A stretch of 64,000 bases of DNA from Stegostoma tigrinum (lineage: Eukaryota), in contig NC_081363.1 of the NCBI RefSeq assembly GCF_030684315.1, positions 72,276,517 to 72,340,516 on the forward strand. Direction: 5' to 3'. Of the stretch, positions 40,681 to 54,500 are shown piece by piece. The translations under genes were made by a program, and so were the position numbers. Below the pieces are notes generated by a model. That model was not told the DNA's origin. It worked only from the letters and a program-made list of their open reading frames with translations, and did no database searches. Numbering within the stretch: position 1 is the stretch's first letter; every line of letters starts with the position of its first letter.

Positions 40681-42615
40681 ACAAATCCTGGCCTAGCCAG
40701 AAAAGCCCCTGTGAGTAAACAAAAGTGGGACCCAGGAAATAGCCCAGGAGTTGAACAAGTAGTTCGGAGTTAAATAAGTACTTTGCATCAGTCTTCACAA
40801 TCGAGAACACTATAAGTATTCCCTAATTATAAAATAATCCAGGGGCTAAAGGGAGAGGGCCATAACGAATGACTATTATTAGGGCAACTAATGGGACCAA
40901 AAACTGGTAAGTCCCTCGTAAATTGGATGCTTGGAATTTAAAGGAAACAGCTAGAGATAGTGGACCACACTGATACTGTTTTCTGGGTAGTGTTATTAGA
41001 ACAAAGATACCTAAGGGTTCAGAGATAATGGGAACTGCAGATGCTGGAGAATCCGAGATAACAAAGTGTGAAGCTGGATGAACACAGAAGGCCAAGCAGC
41101 ATCTTAGGAGCACAAAAGCTGAGCCTTCATCAGATAGTGTGACAGATAGGCAGGGTGGTTAAGAAGGTAATAAAATGTGAGGCTGGATGAACACAGCAGG
41201 CCAAGCAGCATCTCAGGAGCACAAAAGCTGACGTTTCGGGCCTAGACCCTTCATCAGAGAGGGGGATGGGGAGAGGGAACTGGAATAATTAGGGAGAGAG
41301 GGGGAGGCGGACCGAAGATGGAGAGTAAAGAAGATAGGTGGAGAGAGTATAGGTGGGGAGGTAGGGAGGGGATAGGTCAGTCCAGGGAAGACGGACAGGT
41401 CAAGGAGGTGGGATGAGGTTAGTAGGTAGATGGGGGTGCGGCTTGGGGTGGGAGGAAGGGATGGGTGAGAGGAAGAACCAGTTAGGGAGGCAGAGACAGG
41501 TTGGACTGGTTTTGGGATGCAGTGGGTGGGGGGGGAAGAGCTGGGCTGGTTGTGTGGTGCAGTGGGCTGGTTTAGGGATGCAGTAGGGGAAGGGGAGATT
41601 TTGAAACTGGTGAAGTCCACATTGATACCATTAGGCTGCAGGGTTCCCAGGCGGAATATGAGTTGCTGTTCCTGCACCTTCGGGTGGCATCATTGTGGCA
41701 GTGCAGGAGGCCCATGATGGACATGTCATCTAAAGAATGGGAAGGGGAGTGGAAATGGTTTGCGACTGGGAGGTGCAGTTGTTTGTTGCAAACTCTCCTC
41801 CGACACTTCCGCCATTTACAATCCGACCCCACCACCCAAGACATTTTTCCATCCCCACCCCTGTCTGCTTTCCGGAGAGCCGCACCCCCATCTACCTACT
41901 AACCTCATCCCACCTCCTTGACCTGTCCGTCTTCCCTGGACTGACCTATCCCCTCCCTACCTCCCCACCTATACTCTCTCCACCTATCTTCTTTACTCTC
42001 CATCTTCGGTCCGCCTCCCCCTCTCTCCCTATTTATTCCAGTTCCCTCTCCCCATCCCCCTCTCTGATGAAGGGTCTAGGCCCGAAACGTCAGCTTTTGT
42101 GCTCCTGAGATGCTGCTTGGCCTGCTGTGTTCATCCAGCCTCACATTTTATTACCTTCTTAACCACCCTGCCTATCTGTCACACTATCTGATGAAGGCTC
42201 AGCTTTTGTGCTCCTAAGATGCTGCTTGGCCTTCTGTGTTCATCCAGCTTCACACATTGTTATTTCGGATTCTCCAGCATCTGCAGTTCCCATTATCTCT
42301 GAACCCTTAGGTATCTTTGTTCTAATAACACTACCCAGAAAACAGTATCAGTGTGGTCCACTATCTCTAGCTGTTTCCTTTAAATTCCAAGCATCCAATT
42401 TACGAGGGACTTACCAGTTTTTGGTCCCATTAGTTGCCCTCTCTCTTTAGCTCCGAGGTTATTTTATAATTAGGGAATACTTATAGTGTTCTCAATTGTG
42501 AAGACTGAAGCAAAGTACTTATTTAAATCCGAACTACTTGTTCAACTCCTGGGCTATTTCCTGGGTCCCACTTTTGTTTACTCACAGGGGCTTTTCTGGC
42601 TAGGCCAGGATTTGT
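40681..42615. repeat. Large inverted repeat: arms 40681-41443 and 41878-42615, spacer ~435 bp
   Basis: acaaatcctggcctagcc... versus ...ggctaggccaggatttgt; mirrored ORFs 40823-41113(-) and 42208-42450(+); repeated at 57505-59439. Confidence 0.93.
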
Positions 42616-43572
42616 GACTCTCCGTGACTCCCTTGTTCGCTCCACACTGCCCTCCAACCCCACCACACCCGGCACCTTCCCCTGCAACCGCAGGAAATGC
42701 TACACTTGCCCCCACACCTCCTCCCTCACCCCTATCCCAGGCCCCAAGATGACATTCCACATTAAGCAGAGGTTCACCTGCACATCTGCCAATGTGGTAT
42801 ACTGCATCCACTGTACCCGGTGTGGCTTCCTCTACATTGGGGAAACCAAGCGGAGGCTTGGAGACCGCTTTGCAGAACACCTCCGCTCAGTTCGCAACAA
42901 ACAACTGCACCTCCCAGTCGCAAACCATTTCCACTCCCCCTCCCATTCTTTAGATGACATGTCCATCATGGGCCTCCTGCACTGCCACAATGATGCCACC
43001 CGAAGGTTGCAGGAACAGCAACTCATATTCCGCCTGGGAACCCTGCAGCCATATGGTATCTATGTGGACTTCACCAGTTTCAAAATCTCCCCTTCCCCAA
43101 CTGCATCCCTAAACCAGCCCAGTTCGTCCCCTCCCCCCACTGCACCACACAACCAGCCCAGCTCTTCCCCCCGACCCACTGCATCCCAAAACCAGTCCAA
43201 CCTGTCTCTGCCTCCCTAACCGGTTCTTCCTCTCACCCATCCCTTCCTCCCACCCTAAGCCGCACCCCCATCTACCTACTAACCTCATCCCACCTCCTTG
43301 ACCTGTCCGTCTTCCCTGGACTGACCTATCCCCTCCCTACCTCCCCACCTATACTCTCTCCACCTATCTTCTTTACTCTCCATCTTCGGTCCGCCTCCCC
43401 CTCTCTCCCTATTTATTCCAGCTCCCTCTCCCCATCCCCCTCTCTGATGAAGGGTCTAGGCCCGAAACATCAGCTTTTGTGCTCCTGAGATGCTGCTTGG
43501 CCTGCTGTGTTCATCCAGCCTCACATTTTATTATCTTGGAATTCTCCAGCATCTGCAGTTCCCATTATCTCT
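41172..43572. mobile_element. Composite Penelope-like insertion, chimeric copy at the duplication junction
   Basis: Inverted pLTR, fold-back segment, then direct GIY-YIG half and pLTR; 5' part matches the 59440 copy, 3' end and right flank match the 26748 copy. Confidence 0.9.
42060..42096 (+). ncRNA. Minimal type-I hammerhead ribozyme motif in the PLE pLTR
   Basis: CTGATGA-A-GGGTC-TA-GGCCC-GAAAC-GTC; the same motif on the - strand at 41226-41260 and in the duplicate copies. Confidence 0.75.
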
Positions 43573-44482
43573 GACCCTTGGTCCTCTGATGCTGCTTGGT
43601 CTGCTGTATTCATCCAACTCTACACCTTGTTATCAAAGATCCTATGGTACTATTTTTTACAAAAGGAGCAGGGAGAACCTGGCTAATAGCAGTCAGTTTT
43701 ATAAACTGTTCCTCTCTGCACAGATGCTGCCAGACTGGCTGAGTTTCTCCAGCATTTTTGTTTTTGTTTCCTAAAATAAAGGTTGCCTGATTGTTATCTG
43801 ACTGTCATGTTTGGATATCTGTGAGAGTTTGCTGAGCTGCATGTCTCCTACATTGTAAACTGTACCTGTGGAACACAACACTTGATTGGTTTTGAAATGC
43901 TTTGAGGCATCTATTTATCATGTAAAATGCTACAGGAATGTGTGTTTGTTTTGATTTGAGGTAATTTAATCAATTTATAACACTGTTGACAGTATTACAA
44001 TGCAAATCTATTACTGTCCATATTTAAAGTTGCAAAAACATAAACAACTGGTTGAACTGTAGTTCTGAGCAAACTAAGTAGATACTTTTAAGGGAGAAAG
44101 GAATGGGAAGTTATGCTGAAATGAAATTGGATAGAAGTACATGTGGAGCATAAACATGGACAAGTTGAGCCAAATTGCTGCCTTTTATGTTGTGTGTTGT
44201 GTTCAATGCACAGATTGTTGATGTTTTTAATCAACCTGTTGAGACACATAGTGACACACCTCTGGAGCCGGTGCGTCTTAAACCATGCTTTCTGACCGAG
44301 TGGTAAGGTCAGATTGGGTCATAAAACAGATTGCAAAATTATAGCTTCTAACGTAATTGAGACAGCTTATAGAAAAGACCTTGGCCGTTTTCACTGTGAT
44401 ACAACAATTTCAAACCGTTTTTAAAAACATTTCCCTAAGTTTATTAACAGTGGTTTATGTTTTATTTGTTCTGTTTCCTAAG

Positions 44483-44682
44483 GGGATGGCCCATTTCCTG
44501 GAGTGATCGATCTTTTTGGAGATGGAGGTCTGATTGAGTTCCGAGCATGTCTCCTTGCAAGCCGAGGCTTTGCTACTCTTGCTCTCCCTTACTTTGGTTT
44601 TGAAGATCTACCAATATCCATGACTGATTTTCATTTAGAATACTTTGAAGAAGCTGTAAATTATCTAAAGAAACATCCAAAG
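44483..44682 (+). pseudogene. Duplicated ACOT exon 2 (no own exon 1 or promoter)
   Basis: Identical to 27659-27858 with intact splice sites. Confidence 0.85.
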
Positions 44683-47600
44683 GTGAGTTCTATACAATGG
44701 AAGCCCAGAGACTTAACTTGTTATTGAACAATGTGTTTGCAGTTGTAATGTTCCTCAATGGAATTATTGAGATACACTTATGGGGTTTCTTTTACTTCAG
44801 ATATCTTGATTCTAGCAGTGTCTGCTGCCATTCGGTTGGTGGCATTTTTATCTCTGACGAGTGGATTCAAGTTTGACTGTAGGACTTGAGCCCAAAATTC
44901 TAGGCTGATACCAACATATGGAGTTGAGGAAACGCTTTGTCAGCGGTGCTGTCTTTTGGATGTGTTTAAATCTGTGACTCATCTGCCTCCAAGTGAATAG
45001 ATTAAAGGTCCATAGATCTGTTTTGAAGAAGAACTCTGACGAGACACTGGATGCTTTCTCTACATAGATGCTGTCAGATCGAATGATTTCTCCAGCAATT
45101 TTTGTTTGGGTATTACTGTCAGTATTTAATTAATTCAGTGAAGTGGCTCAGTGATTAGTAAAGACAGCTGAGTAGTTAGCACTGCTTCCTCACAGCACCA
45201 GCGACCCAAGTTCAATTCCAGACAGAGTGACTGTCTGTGTGAAGTTTGCATGATCCAACCCTCTATGCATTGGTTTCTGCTGGATTTCTCTCACAGTCCA
45301 AAGGTTAGGTGTATTGGCCATTCTAAATTGTCTGTGGTGTCCAGGGATGTGCAGGTTAGTTGGGTTAGCCATGGTAAATACGGACTTGCGGGGTTAGGAA
45401 AGGGAGCTGATTCTGGGTGGCATGTTCTTCAGAGGGTCAGTGAAAACTGAATGGATTGAATGGCCTCTTTCTACACTCTAGGGGATCTGTACTCATTCTG
45501 AGACACATCATAGAAACATTTATCATTTTGCTCTTTGCACAAATTGCTACCATATTTCCTGCGTTATGACATGGTAAAACTACAGCATTATCTGTAAAAT
45601 ACTTTAGGATGTTCTGTAGTTGGGAAAGTGCCATATAAATGCAAGTCCTTTCTCATTGTGCCAGGCTTCCCACGGAGACCGCCTTAGCCAAGTTCTGTAC
45701 TTTTCTTCAGTTATTCTTCTCCCTCATTCAATACCCTTTCTGAAATCATCTAAGTAACCGCTTGCTGTCTTGAGCCAAATCCCTCAGAAATACTGCCTAA
45801 ATAACATCCATTCCTGTCCTTTCCCAATTTGACTCAATGGAAAATGTTTCTGTCTTTCCCTCCCTACTTCCCTCCATTTCAAAACTCCTCAACGTATCCC
45901 AACTTTAAACTACTGCTCCATTCACATCTCTGCCATGTCGTCAACCACTGAGTCCATTACACCTAATACCCTTCTTTCTCTCCCTACTTTGCCAGCAGCA
46001 ATTTTGCATTCTAATGACTCCAATCTCTTGCATATCTCCTTCCTATTTCCCTATCATTAGCAGCCACGGTTAACAGCTGTTGGTGTGTCTCATGCTGACT
46101 TCTCTCCTCGCAGCTGCTCCACCTCACTCACCTTCATTGAAAGACTTTTTAAAGCGTACCATCTTAGCTACCTAATAATACCTTCACTGACCTAACATCA
46201 GTTTTTGTCTGATTTCTTCTCTGTGAAGGATAAGGATGCTTTTCACTATCTATATGCATATTTGTAAGCGTGTATTCGTGCAGGCTGTTGTCTGGGTCAA
46301 GTGTCTTCACTTTGCATTAAAAGGTTCAAGTAGCAGTGGTCCCACAGGACAATAGGGCTGCTATCTCACTGGAGAGAGATGGCTGGTGGTGGTTTAACCT
46401 GAGGGTCACTATGCCTCAGTCGAAGAGAGAAGTTAAGTCGGTGATTCCTTCAAAGTAACCTCAGCTGGTGCAGCAATTGAACCCACCCACACTTCTGGCA
46501 TCACTCTGCATTGCAAACAGCCATTCAGCAATTTTACCCTCATTCCCAGTTCAAAATTCAGGGATTCCTGATATAAGAAGTCAAGCTAGTGTGCTGTTGA
46601 TCAGATTAAAGGACTCCTGCAGCCAGGAAGATTCAAATTCGGAGTTGGCCAGCTGTTTGCTCAGCTGCTGAAATGACTTCATGGACCTTAAAGTGCTGTG
46701 TGGGAGCCCCACAATTGTTTAATTATTGAAGTGATTATCAGTCCACCAACACTTTGGGCAACTGCTGCTGCCACCAAGAACAAGTCATTCACATCTTTCT
46801 GCTTTTCCAAAGGTGAAAAATATGAATACACCAAGAATGTTTGAGATTCCCAATCATCATGGATTATGTCACACACCCAGTCAATATTTTTATGGGGGAG
46901 TCACTTTCCTTCTTGTGTTTTGGACCTGGATTTTTGAGCCTGATATAAAGGAAATAACTTGCTTTAGTATAATGCCTTTAATAAACATAAGAGATTCCAA
47001 AACACTTCACAGTTAATGAGCCCATTGGAACTTACATCAGCATTTTAATATGGCAGTCCACTGTGCTGAAATAGACTTGGAAACAGATTGTGTAAGGTGG
47101 TAAGAAGCTTTCAGCGAAGGAGAGAATTTGGACCCCGAGACCCAGATAACTTTCTTTTCCAGGAAAGTGAGGTTGGCAATCACAGGCCAATTAGCATCTT
47201 TAGCCTGATTTATGTTTGAATTAAGGATAACATTTCACTTGTCAAAACTATTTTGAACTGGGATTTCAAAAGATGATATTCAAGTTTAACCTGTTTTCAG
47301 GAAGAAACAGGTGATTGCACAAATATTTTTAAAATGTTGACAAGTAAGCTGGTAACACTTCATCAGTCAACATATCACAATCTCTTAATGGAAATGTTTT
47401 TATTTTGGATGATTACATCTTTGTGGGGAAAAAAAACTGAAAAGAGATTGCTGGATTTGGTTTATCCACAATCAAACAACACATTATTATGTGTGGGTTT
47501 GAATCTCAGTTTTCTCTTCATCTTAGTTGGCTTCTCCCTCCCATTAATTGTTGCATATCTCCTCTTTTTCAATATGTTGTTCTCACAACTGTTCCTTGAT

Positions 47601-47999
47601 GACATTCAAATGTATTTTTCAGGTCTGTTGCTTAGTCAACAAACACACTAGGTCCCTTTATCACCACAACATTGTTAAATCATGGTGTGCAATCATATTC
47701 TTATCCTAAATGATGGTGACCCAAGGGAAATAAATTGCTTCTTGATTGAATGTTCCTTTTCATGATATGTTCTTCAATTCTGTTTAAGTACATCATTTTT
47801 GAAGGTTACTTTTGATGATTTCTAATATTGAAATTGAAATGAAGCTAATATTTGCTGTATCATTTCTTAACACACTTCACTGTCAGTGTTACAAATAAAT
47901 AGTTTTTTTAATGCTTTTTTTTTACATGAATACTGAAGGAACACACAGGAATTATTTAGACTTAACGTATGTTGCAATAATAGATTTTGAATTTTTTAG

Positions 48000-48569
48000 G
48001 TGAAGGGACCAGGTATTGGCGTAATCGGATCTTCAAAAGGTGGAGATTTGGCTCTATCAATGGTCACGTTTTTACCACAAGTTGTAGCATCCGTTTGTAT
48101 CTCTGGCTGCCACGCAAACACTATGACTGATTTGCATTATAAAGGTATACATCTCCTCAGCTTGAGTTACGATGTAGATCGTATCGTTGTTTTGGACTCA
48201 GGAATTCTAGATATGTCCGAAACACTTGAAAACCCCAGTACAAACAAAGGCAGCATCATCCCGTTGGAAAAAGCTGAAGGACACATCTTGTTTGTGGTGG
48301 GCGAAGGTGACAAGATCTGGAACAGCAAACAGTTTGCTGATGAGGCAATAAAAAGACTGAAAAAAAACGGCAAGGACAACTATAAGCTGCTTAGTTATCC
48401 AGGAGCTGGGCACTGTATTGAACCTCCTTGTTCTCCATTTCGTCCTGCCAAGATTGATCGGTTGTATGGACTTCCAGTGCTGTTGGGGGGAGAGGCATTA
48501 AAACACTGCTCTGCTCAACAAGATGCTTGGGAAAAAATTCAAGACTTCCTACGTTTACATCTAGGTTGA
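48000..48569 (+). pseudogene. Duplicated ACOT exon 3 (intact reading frame)
   Basis: Same translation as 31176-31745. Confidence 0.85.
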
Positions 48570-51500
48570 AATGATTTGGATTTAACAAGATTCCTCTTTA
48601 CCTAATGCATGTTATTTAGTATAATATGTTGTCATAAACTGCATAGTAATTATTTAATATGATCCACTACATGTAAGGAAGACAGTCCAAGACTTTCTGA
48701 AATTTGTATTTCCAACCACCAGTATCTCTATTTTTTGGGTGAGGGTGGAAAAATTAAACTTTAACTTAATGCCACAGTGTCAAAATATTTCTTCCTTTAT
48801 TGAGTAGTTCACATTTGCACTGAAACTATTTTGCATTTTTCATCAATCTTCACTGCAATGGGTACAGGTAACATTCCAGCAAAAGCTGAAAATTGGAAAA
48901 TAGAAGTGATGGAAGATCACAGGAAACTTAGTCACCCAGGAAGTAATTTGAACAAATTGTTGAAGCTGGAGCTGACAAGTACCTCAGTACTGATAGGCTT
49001 CATACGATGGTGTTAAAGGGCGTGACTAGTCAGATAATTGATGCATTGATTCTAATATTTCAAAATTCCCGAGAATAGGGATATGTACCATTAGATCGGA
49101 AGATAGGGAATATAAAAGGGAGGGAAATGGGAAGCAGGGAACAAGTCGACTAGCTTAATTACTGTCATAGGAGAAAAAGAAGCGATTTTTAAAGATATTC
49201 CAGCAAGGCACTTTATTTTTTAAAAAAATTAAGGTAATCTGGCAGAGTCAACATGGTTTTGTGAAAAGAAAATCATGTCTAACCAACTTATTGTGGTTCT
49301 TTCAGGAAATAACATGCTCCACATAAAGGGAAACTGGTGGATGTGCTGCATTTAGATTTCCCGAAGGCATTACTAAGGAGTCACATGAAAGGTCTTATTG
49401 CGTATAAAGGTACTGTGTAAGGGGGTAACATTGACATGGATGGAAAATTGGCTAACAAACAGGAAATAGTTTTTCCAGAAGTGGGTGTCTTTTCTGATTG
49501 CCAAGATTTATAAGTGGTCTGTGAAGATCACTACTAGGCCTCAAATTGTGACAATTTAACTTTGGGATGAAGAGACTAAAGGTATGTTTGCTAAATTTAT
49601 TGACACAAAGATAGGTAGAAAAGTAAGTTTTGACATGGACATAAAGAAATGAGTGAACAAAGGTCTGGTAAATCGGAGTATAATGAGAGAAAATGTGATG
49701 ATGTCTGTATTGATAATAAAACAAATGTATGTTATTTAATTGAGAGATTGTGGACGTCTGAGAAACGGAGGGATCTGGGTAGCTTCCGATATTAGTTATG
49801 AAATGTTAGTGTGCAGGAGTAGCAAATAATTAGCAAAATTAATAGCGTATTATTGATTACAAGGGGAATTGAATACTAAAGGAGAGTGGTAACACTACGT
49901 TCATTAAAGCTGAGGCCACCTTTAGAGTACTGTGTATCATTTAGGTCTCCTTATTTAAGAAAGGATGTAAACATGTTGGATGCAGTTAAGGTTTATTGGA
50001 CTGATGCTTACAATTGGCAGGTTGTCTTATGATAAAAGTGTGGACAAGCTAGACTTGCCTTCACTGGAATTTAGAAGGTTAAGATATGACTAGATTGAAG
50101 CATGTAGAATCCTGAAGCGTCTTTATAGTGTAGATTTGAAGAGGATATTGCCTTTTGTGGGAGAATGTACAGTTAGGAGTCACTCATAACATAGATGAGG
50201 TGAAACCAAATGTGGATATTTTTATGGCAGAGGTGGATAGATTCTTGCCAGGAGGTGAAAGGCTGTGGGAGGATTAGGCAGGAATGTGAAGATGAAGTCC
50301 TGATCAGAACAGCCAAGATATTATTAAATGGAGGAGCAAGCTATTCCTACTGCTAAACCTTCATTTTGTATGGAACTGAAAAAAATTTACTTCTCAGATT
50401 TCATTTTGTTTTATCCGCCTTTCCTCCTCACTACACCTAAAGATGTTGATGCAGGTTAGACTTCGGTGTCATGGCTTCCAACTAAACATTCATTATCTGT
50501 AACCATAGACTGTGAATGTTCACTGCCAACTTAGTCCTATTTACTGAGCTGGGTGAAGTGTGGAGAAATTCACAGCTGAGCCTTGTTTACTCCTACTGTG
50601 CATAGTGCATTTCAAGCATAGATTGAGCATTGTTGGGTAAGAATCATAGAACAATACAGCGCAGAACAGGCCCTTCGGCCCTCGATGTTGTGCTGACCTG
50701 TGAACTAATCTAAGCCCCTCCCCTTACACTGTCCCATCATTATCCATATGCTTATCCAAGGACTGTTTAAATGCACCTAATGTGGCTGAGTTAACTACGT
50801 TGGCAGGCAGGCCATTCCATGCCCTTACCACTCTGAGTAAAGAACCTACCTCTGACATCTGTCTTAAATCTATCACCCCTCAATTTGTAGCTATGACCCC
50901 TTGTATATGCTGAAGTCATCATCCTCGGAAAAAGACTGTCACTGTCCACCCTACCTAATCCTCTGATCATCTTGTAGGTTTCTATTAAATCCCCTCTTAG
51001 CCTCCTTCTCTCCAGTGAGAACAGACCCAAGTCCCTCAGCCTTTCTTCATAGGGCCTGCGCTCCAGGCCAGGCAACATCTTGGTAAATCTCCTCGGTACC
51101 TTTTCCACTGCTTCCACATCCTTCCTCTAATGGGGTGACCAGAACTGCACGCAATATTCCAAATGAGGCTGCAATAGCATTTTGTACAGTTGCAGCATGA
51201 CATCACGGCTCCGGAACTCAATCCCTCTTCCAATAAAACCTTAAACACCGTAAGCCGCCTTAACAGCACTATCAACCTTGCTGGCAACTTTCAGGGATCT
51301 ATGTACATGGACACCAAGATCCCTCTGCACATCTACACTACCAAGAATCTTTCCATTTATCCGGTATTTTGCCTTCCTATTATTCCTCCCAAAGTGAATC
51401 ACCTCACGTTTATCCGTATTAAACCCCATTTGCCACCTTTCAGCCCTTTCACCTTTCTGCAGTTTATTCAAGTCTCCCTGCAACATTCTTCCACACTCTC

Positions 51501-54500
51501 CACCACTCCATCGACTTTAGTGTCATCTGCAAACTTACTAACCCATCCACCAATGCCTGCGTCCAAGTCATTTATAAAAATGACAAACAGCAGTGGTCCC
51601 AAAACAGATCCTTGAGGCACACCACTAGTAACTGGACTCCAGGCTCAATATTTTCCATCAACCACCACTCGTTGCCTTCTTACAGAAAGCCAGTTTCTAA
51701 TCCAAACTGCTAAATCTCCCTCAATCCCGTGCCTCTGTATTTTCTCCAATAGCCTATCATGTGGATCCTTATCCAAGGCTTTACCAAAGTCCATGTACAC
51801 CACGTCAACTGTCCTACCCTCATCCACATGCTTGGTCACCTTCTCCAAAAAACTCAGAGGTTTGTGAGACACAGCCTGCCCTTGACAAATCCATGCTGAC
51901 TATCTCCCATCATATTGTTGCTTGCTAGATGATTATAAATTCCTAATTCTTATAATCCTTTCCAAAACTTTTCCTACAACAGACATAAGGCTCACAGGTC
52001 TGTAATTACCTGGGTCGTCCCTACTGCCCTTCTTGAACAAGGGCACAACATTTGCAATCCTCCAGTTCTCTGGTACTAAACCTGTAGACAATGAGGACTC
52101 AAAGATCAATGCCAAAGGCTCCGCCACCACCTCCCTAGCTTCGCAGACAATCCTCGGAAAAATCCCATCTGACCCAGGGATTTATCTCCCTTCACACCTT
52201 CTAGAATTGATAACGCCTCCTCCTTACTTAATCTTAACCTTAATCCTTTCAATTCTAGTAGCCTGTAACTCAGTGATCCCCTCTACAATATTCTCCTGTT
52301 CCTCCGTGAAAACAGATGAGAAATAATCATTTAGCACCTCTCCACTCTCCACAGGGTCCGCACACAATTTACCACCTCTGTCTTTGACTGGCCCTATTCC
52401 TCCCCAGTCATCCTCTTATTCCTGACATACCTGTAGAAAGCTTTAGGGTTCTCCTTTATTCTACCAGCCACTGTCCAGTCACGTCCCCTCCTTGCTCTTA
52501 ACTGTCTCTTTAAATCCTTCCGAGCTAATCTGTAACTCTCCATCGCCTCATCTGAACCATCGTGTCTCATCGTCACATAAGCCTCCCTCTTCCACTTAAC
52601 AAGAGATACAATTTCTTTCGTAAACCACAGTTCCCTTACCTTATCGCTTCCTCCCTGCCTGACAGGGACATACCTATCAAGGGCACACAATATCTGTTCC
52701 TTAAACCAGCTCCACATTTTTGATTGTCCCCATCCCCTGCGTTTTGCTAACCCATTGTATGCCTCCTAAGTCTTGCCTAATCACATTATAATTGCTCTTC
52801 CCCCATCTATAACTCTTGCCGAATGGCATATTCCTACCCCTTTCCATTGCTAAAGTAAACATAACCAAATTATGGTCACTCTCTCCAAAGTGCTCACCTT
52901 CCACTAAATCAAACACCTGGCCTGGTTCATTACCAAGTACCAGATCCAGTGTGGCCTCCCCTCTTGTCGGCCCTTTGACGTACTGAGTCAGGAAACCCTC
53001 CTGCACACATTGGACAAAAACTGATCCATCAGACATGCTAGAGTTATAGCATTTCAAGTCAATGTTAGGGAAGTTAAAGTCTTCCATAATGACTACCCTG
53101 TTCTTTTCACTCCTGCCCAGAATAGTTTTGCTGATCCTCTCCTCCACACCCCTGGAACTTTGTGGGGGCCGATTAAAAACTCCCAGCAGTGTTACCTCTC
53201 CCCTCCTGTTTCTGACCTCAGCCTATACCACCTCGGTAGATGAGTCCTCATCAAAAGTTCTTTCAGCCACTGTTATACTGTCCTTGACTGACAAAGCCAA
53301 ACCTCCCCCTCTTTTACCACCTTCCTTGACCTTAATTGAAAGATCTAAACCCTGGAACCTGCAACATTCATTCCTGACCCTTCTCTATCAATGTCTCCGA
53401 AATGGCCACAACATCGAAGTCCCAGGTACCTTATCCAAGCTGCAAGCTCACCTACCTTTATTCTGGATATTCCTGGTGTTAAAGTAGACACACTTCAACC
53501 CAGCTTGCTGTCTGCCAGCACACTCGTGACAGTGAGGTCCTGTCCATGTCCTCCCTACGCTCATCCTCCTGTGTGCTAGTGGACATTGTCATCGTGGTTC
53601 TCTCTTGCTGCACTCTGTCCCATATTCTATGGATGATACTGCCCTTTTTCTCCAGTCTCAGCTATTTGTATGAAGGTTTCATAAGAAGATTAGACCTTCT
53701 TCAAATGGCTAGATTAGCTAAAATGTTCAAAAGTGAGATTGTTAATTTTTTGTTAGATAAGAATATCAAAGCAAGTTAGCGATGGCTGAAGGGAAATTTA
53801 CTTGTACCACATAATATCATGAGAGCTCTATACAGACAAGATGAAAGTGACTTATTAGGAGAAGACAATAACCAGGGTGCATAAAGATATATGGCATGGA
53901 AACAGGCCATTTTCTTGCCTTATCTACACCTGCCATCATATCTTTTATTCCTGCCATTGGGTAATTTTTATTTTCAGAATTTCTATTGGGTGTGTCAGGA
54001 ATGATCTTTTGTCAGAGGCCTCCAGAGGAAATGTTCTCTCTGTATCCAATTTTACCTAACCCCATCCCCCTAATCATTTCTATCCTGCTCTCCCTACCCA
54101 CCTTGAACTTGGTTGAACTCTTCAAAGAGGTGACTAAAGTAGTGAACAATGGAATGTATTTGATTTTTTAAATTTGGATATTCGGATGCCATTTGATATA
54201 GTATCAATACAGACCTTTGGCTGAAGTTGAGTCTCAAGCACAGAAGAAATGAGAGCACAAGCATGCCATTCAGCCCCTTGAGCCTGCTCTGACATTTGGT
54301 AGGATCATGAAAGATCTGATTGTGGCCTTAACTCAATTTTTCTGCCTGACACACTTTCCCCATCCAATAACCCTTGATTTCCTTGTCAATCAAATGTCCA
54401 TCTAACTCAGACTTGAATATTTTCAATAAACTAACTTCTGCTGCTCTCTGAGAAAGGGAATTCCTGGGAGGTATAATGCTCCGAAAATAAAAGTCCTCAT

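Larger units (their letters stand above)
26523..43346 (+). repeat. 16,824-bp tandem segmental duplication, unit 1
   Basis: Every ORF in 26666-42450 recurs at exactly +16824; boundary uncertain within 75 bp. Confidence 0.97.
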
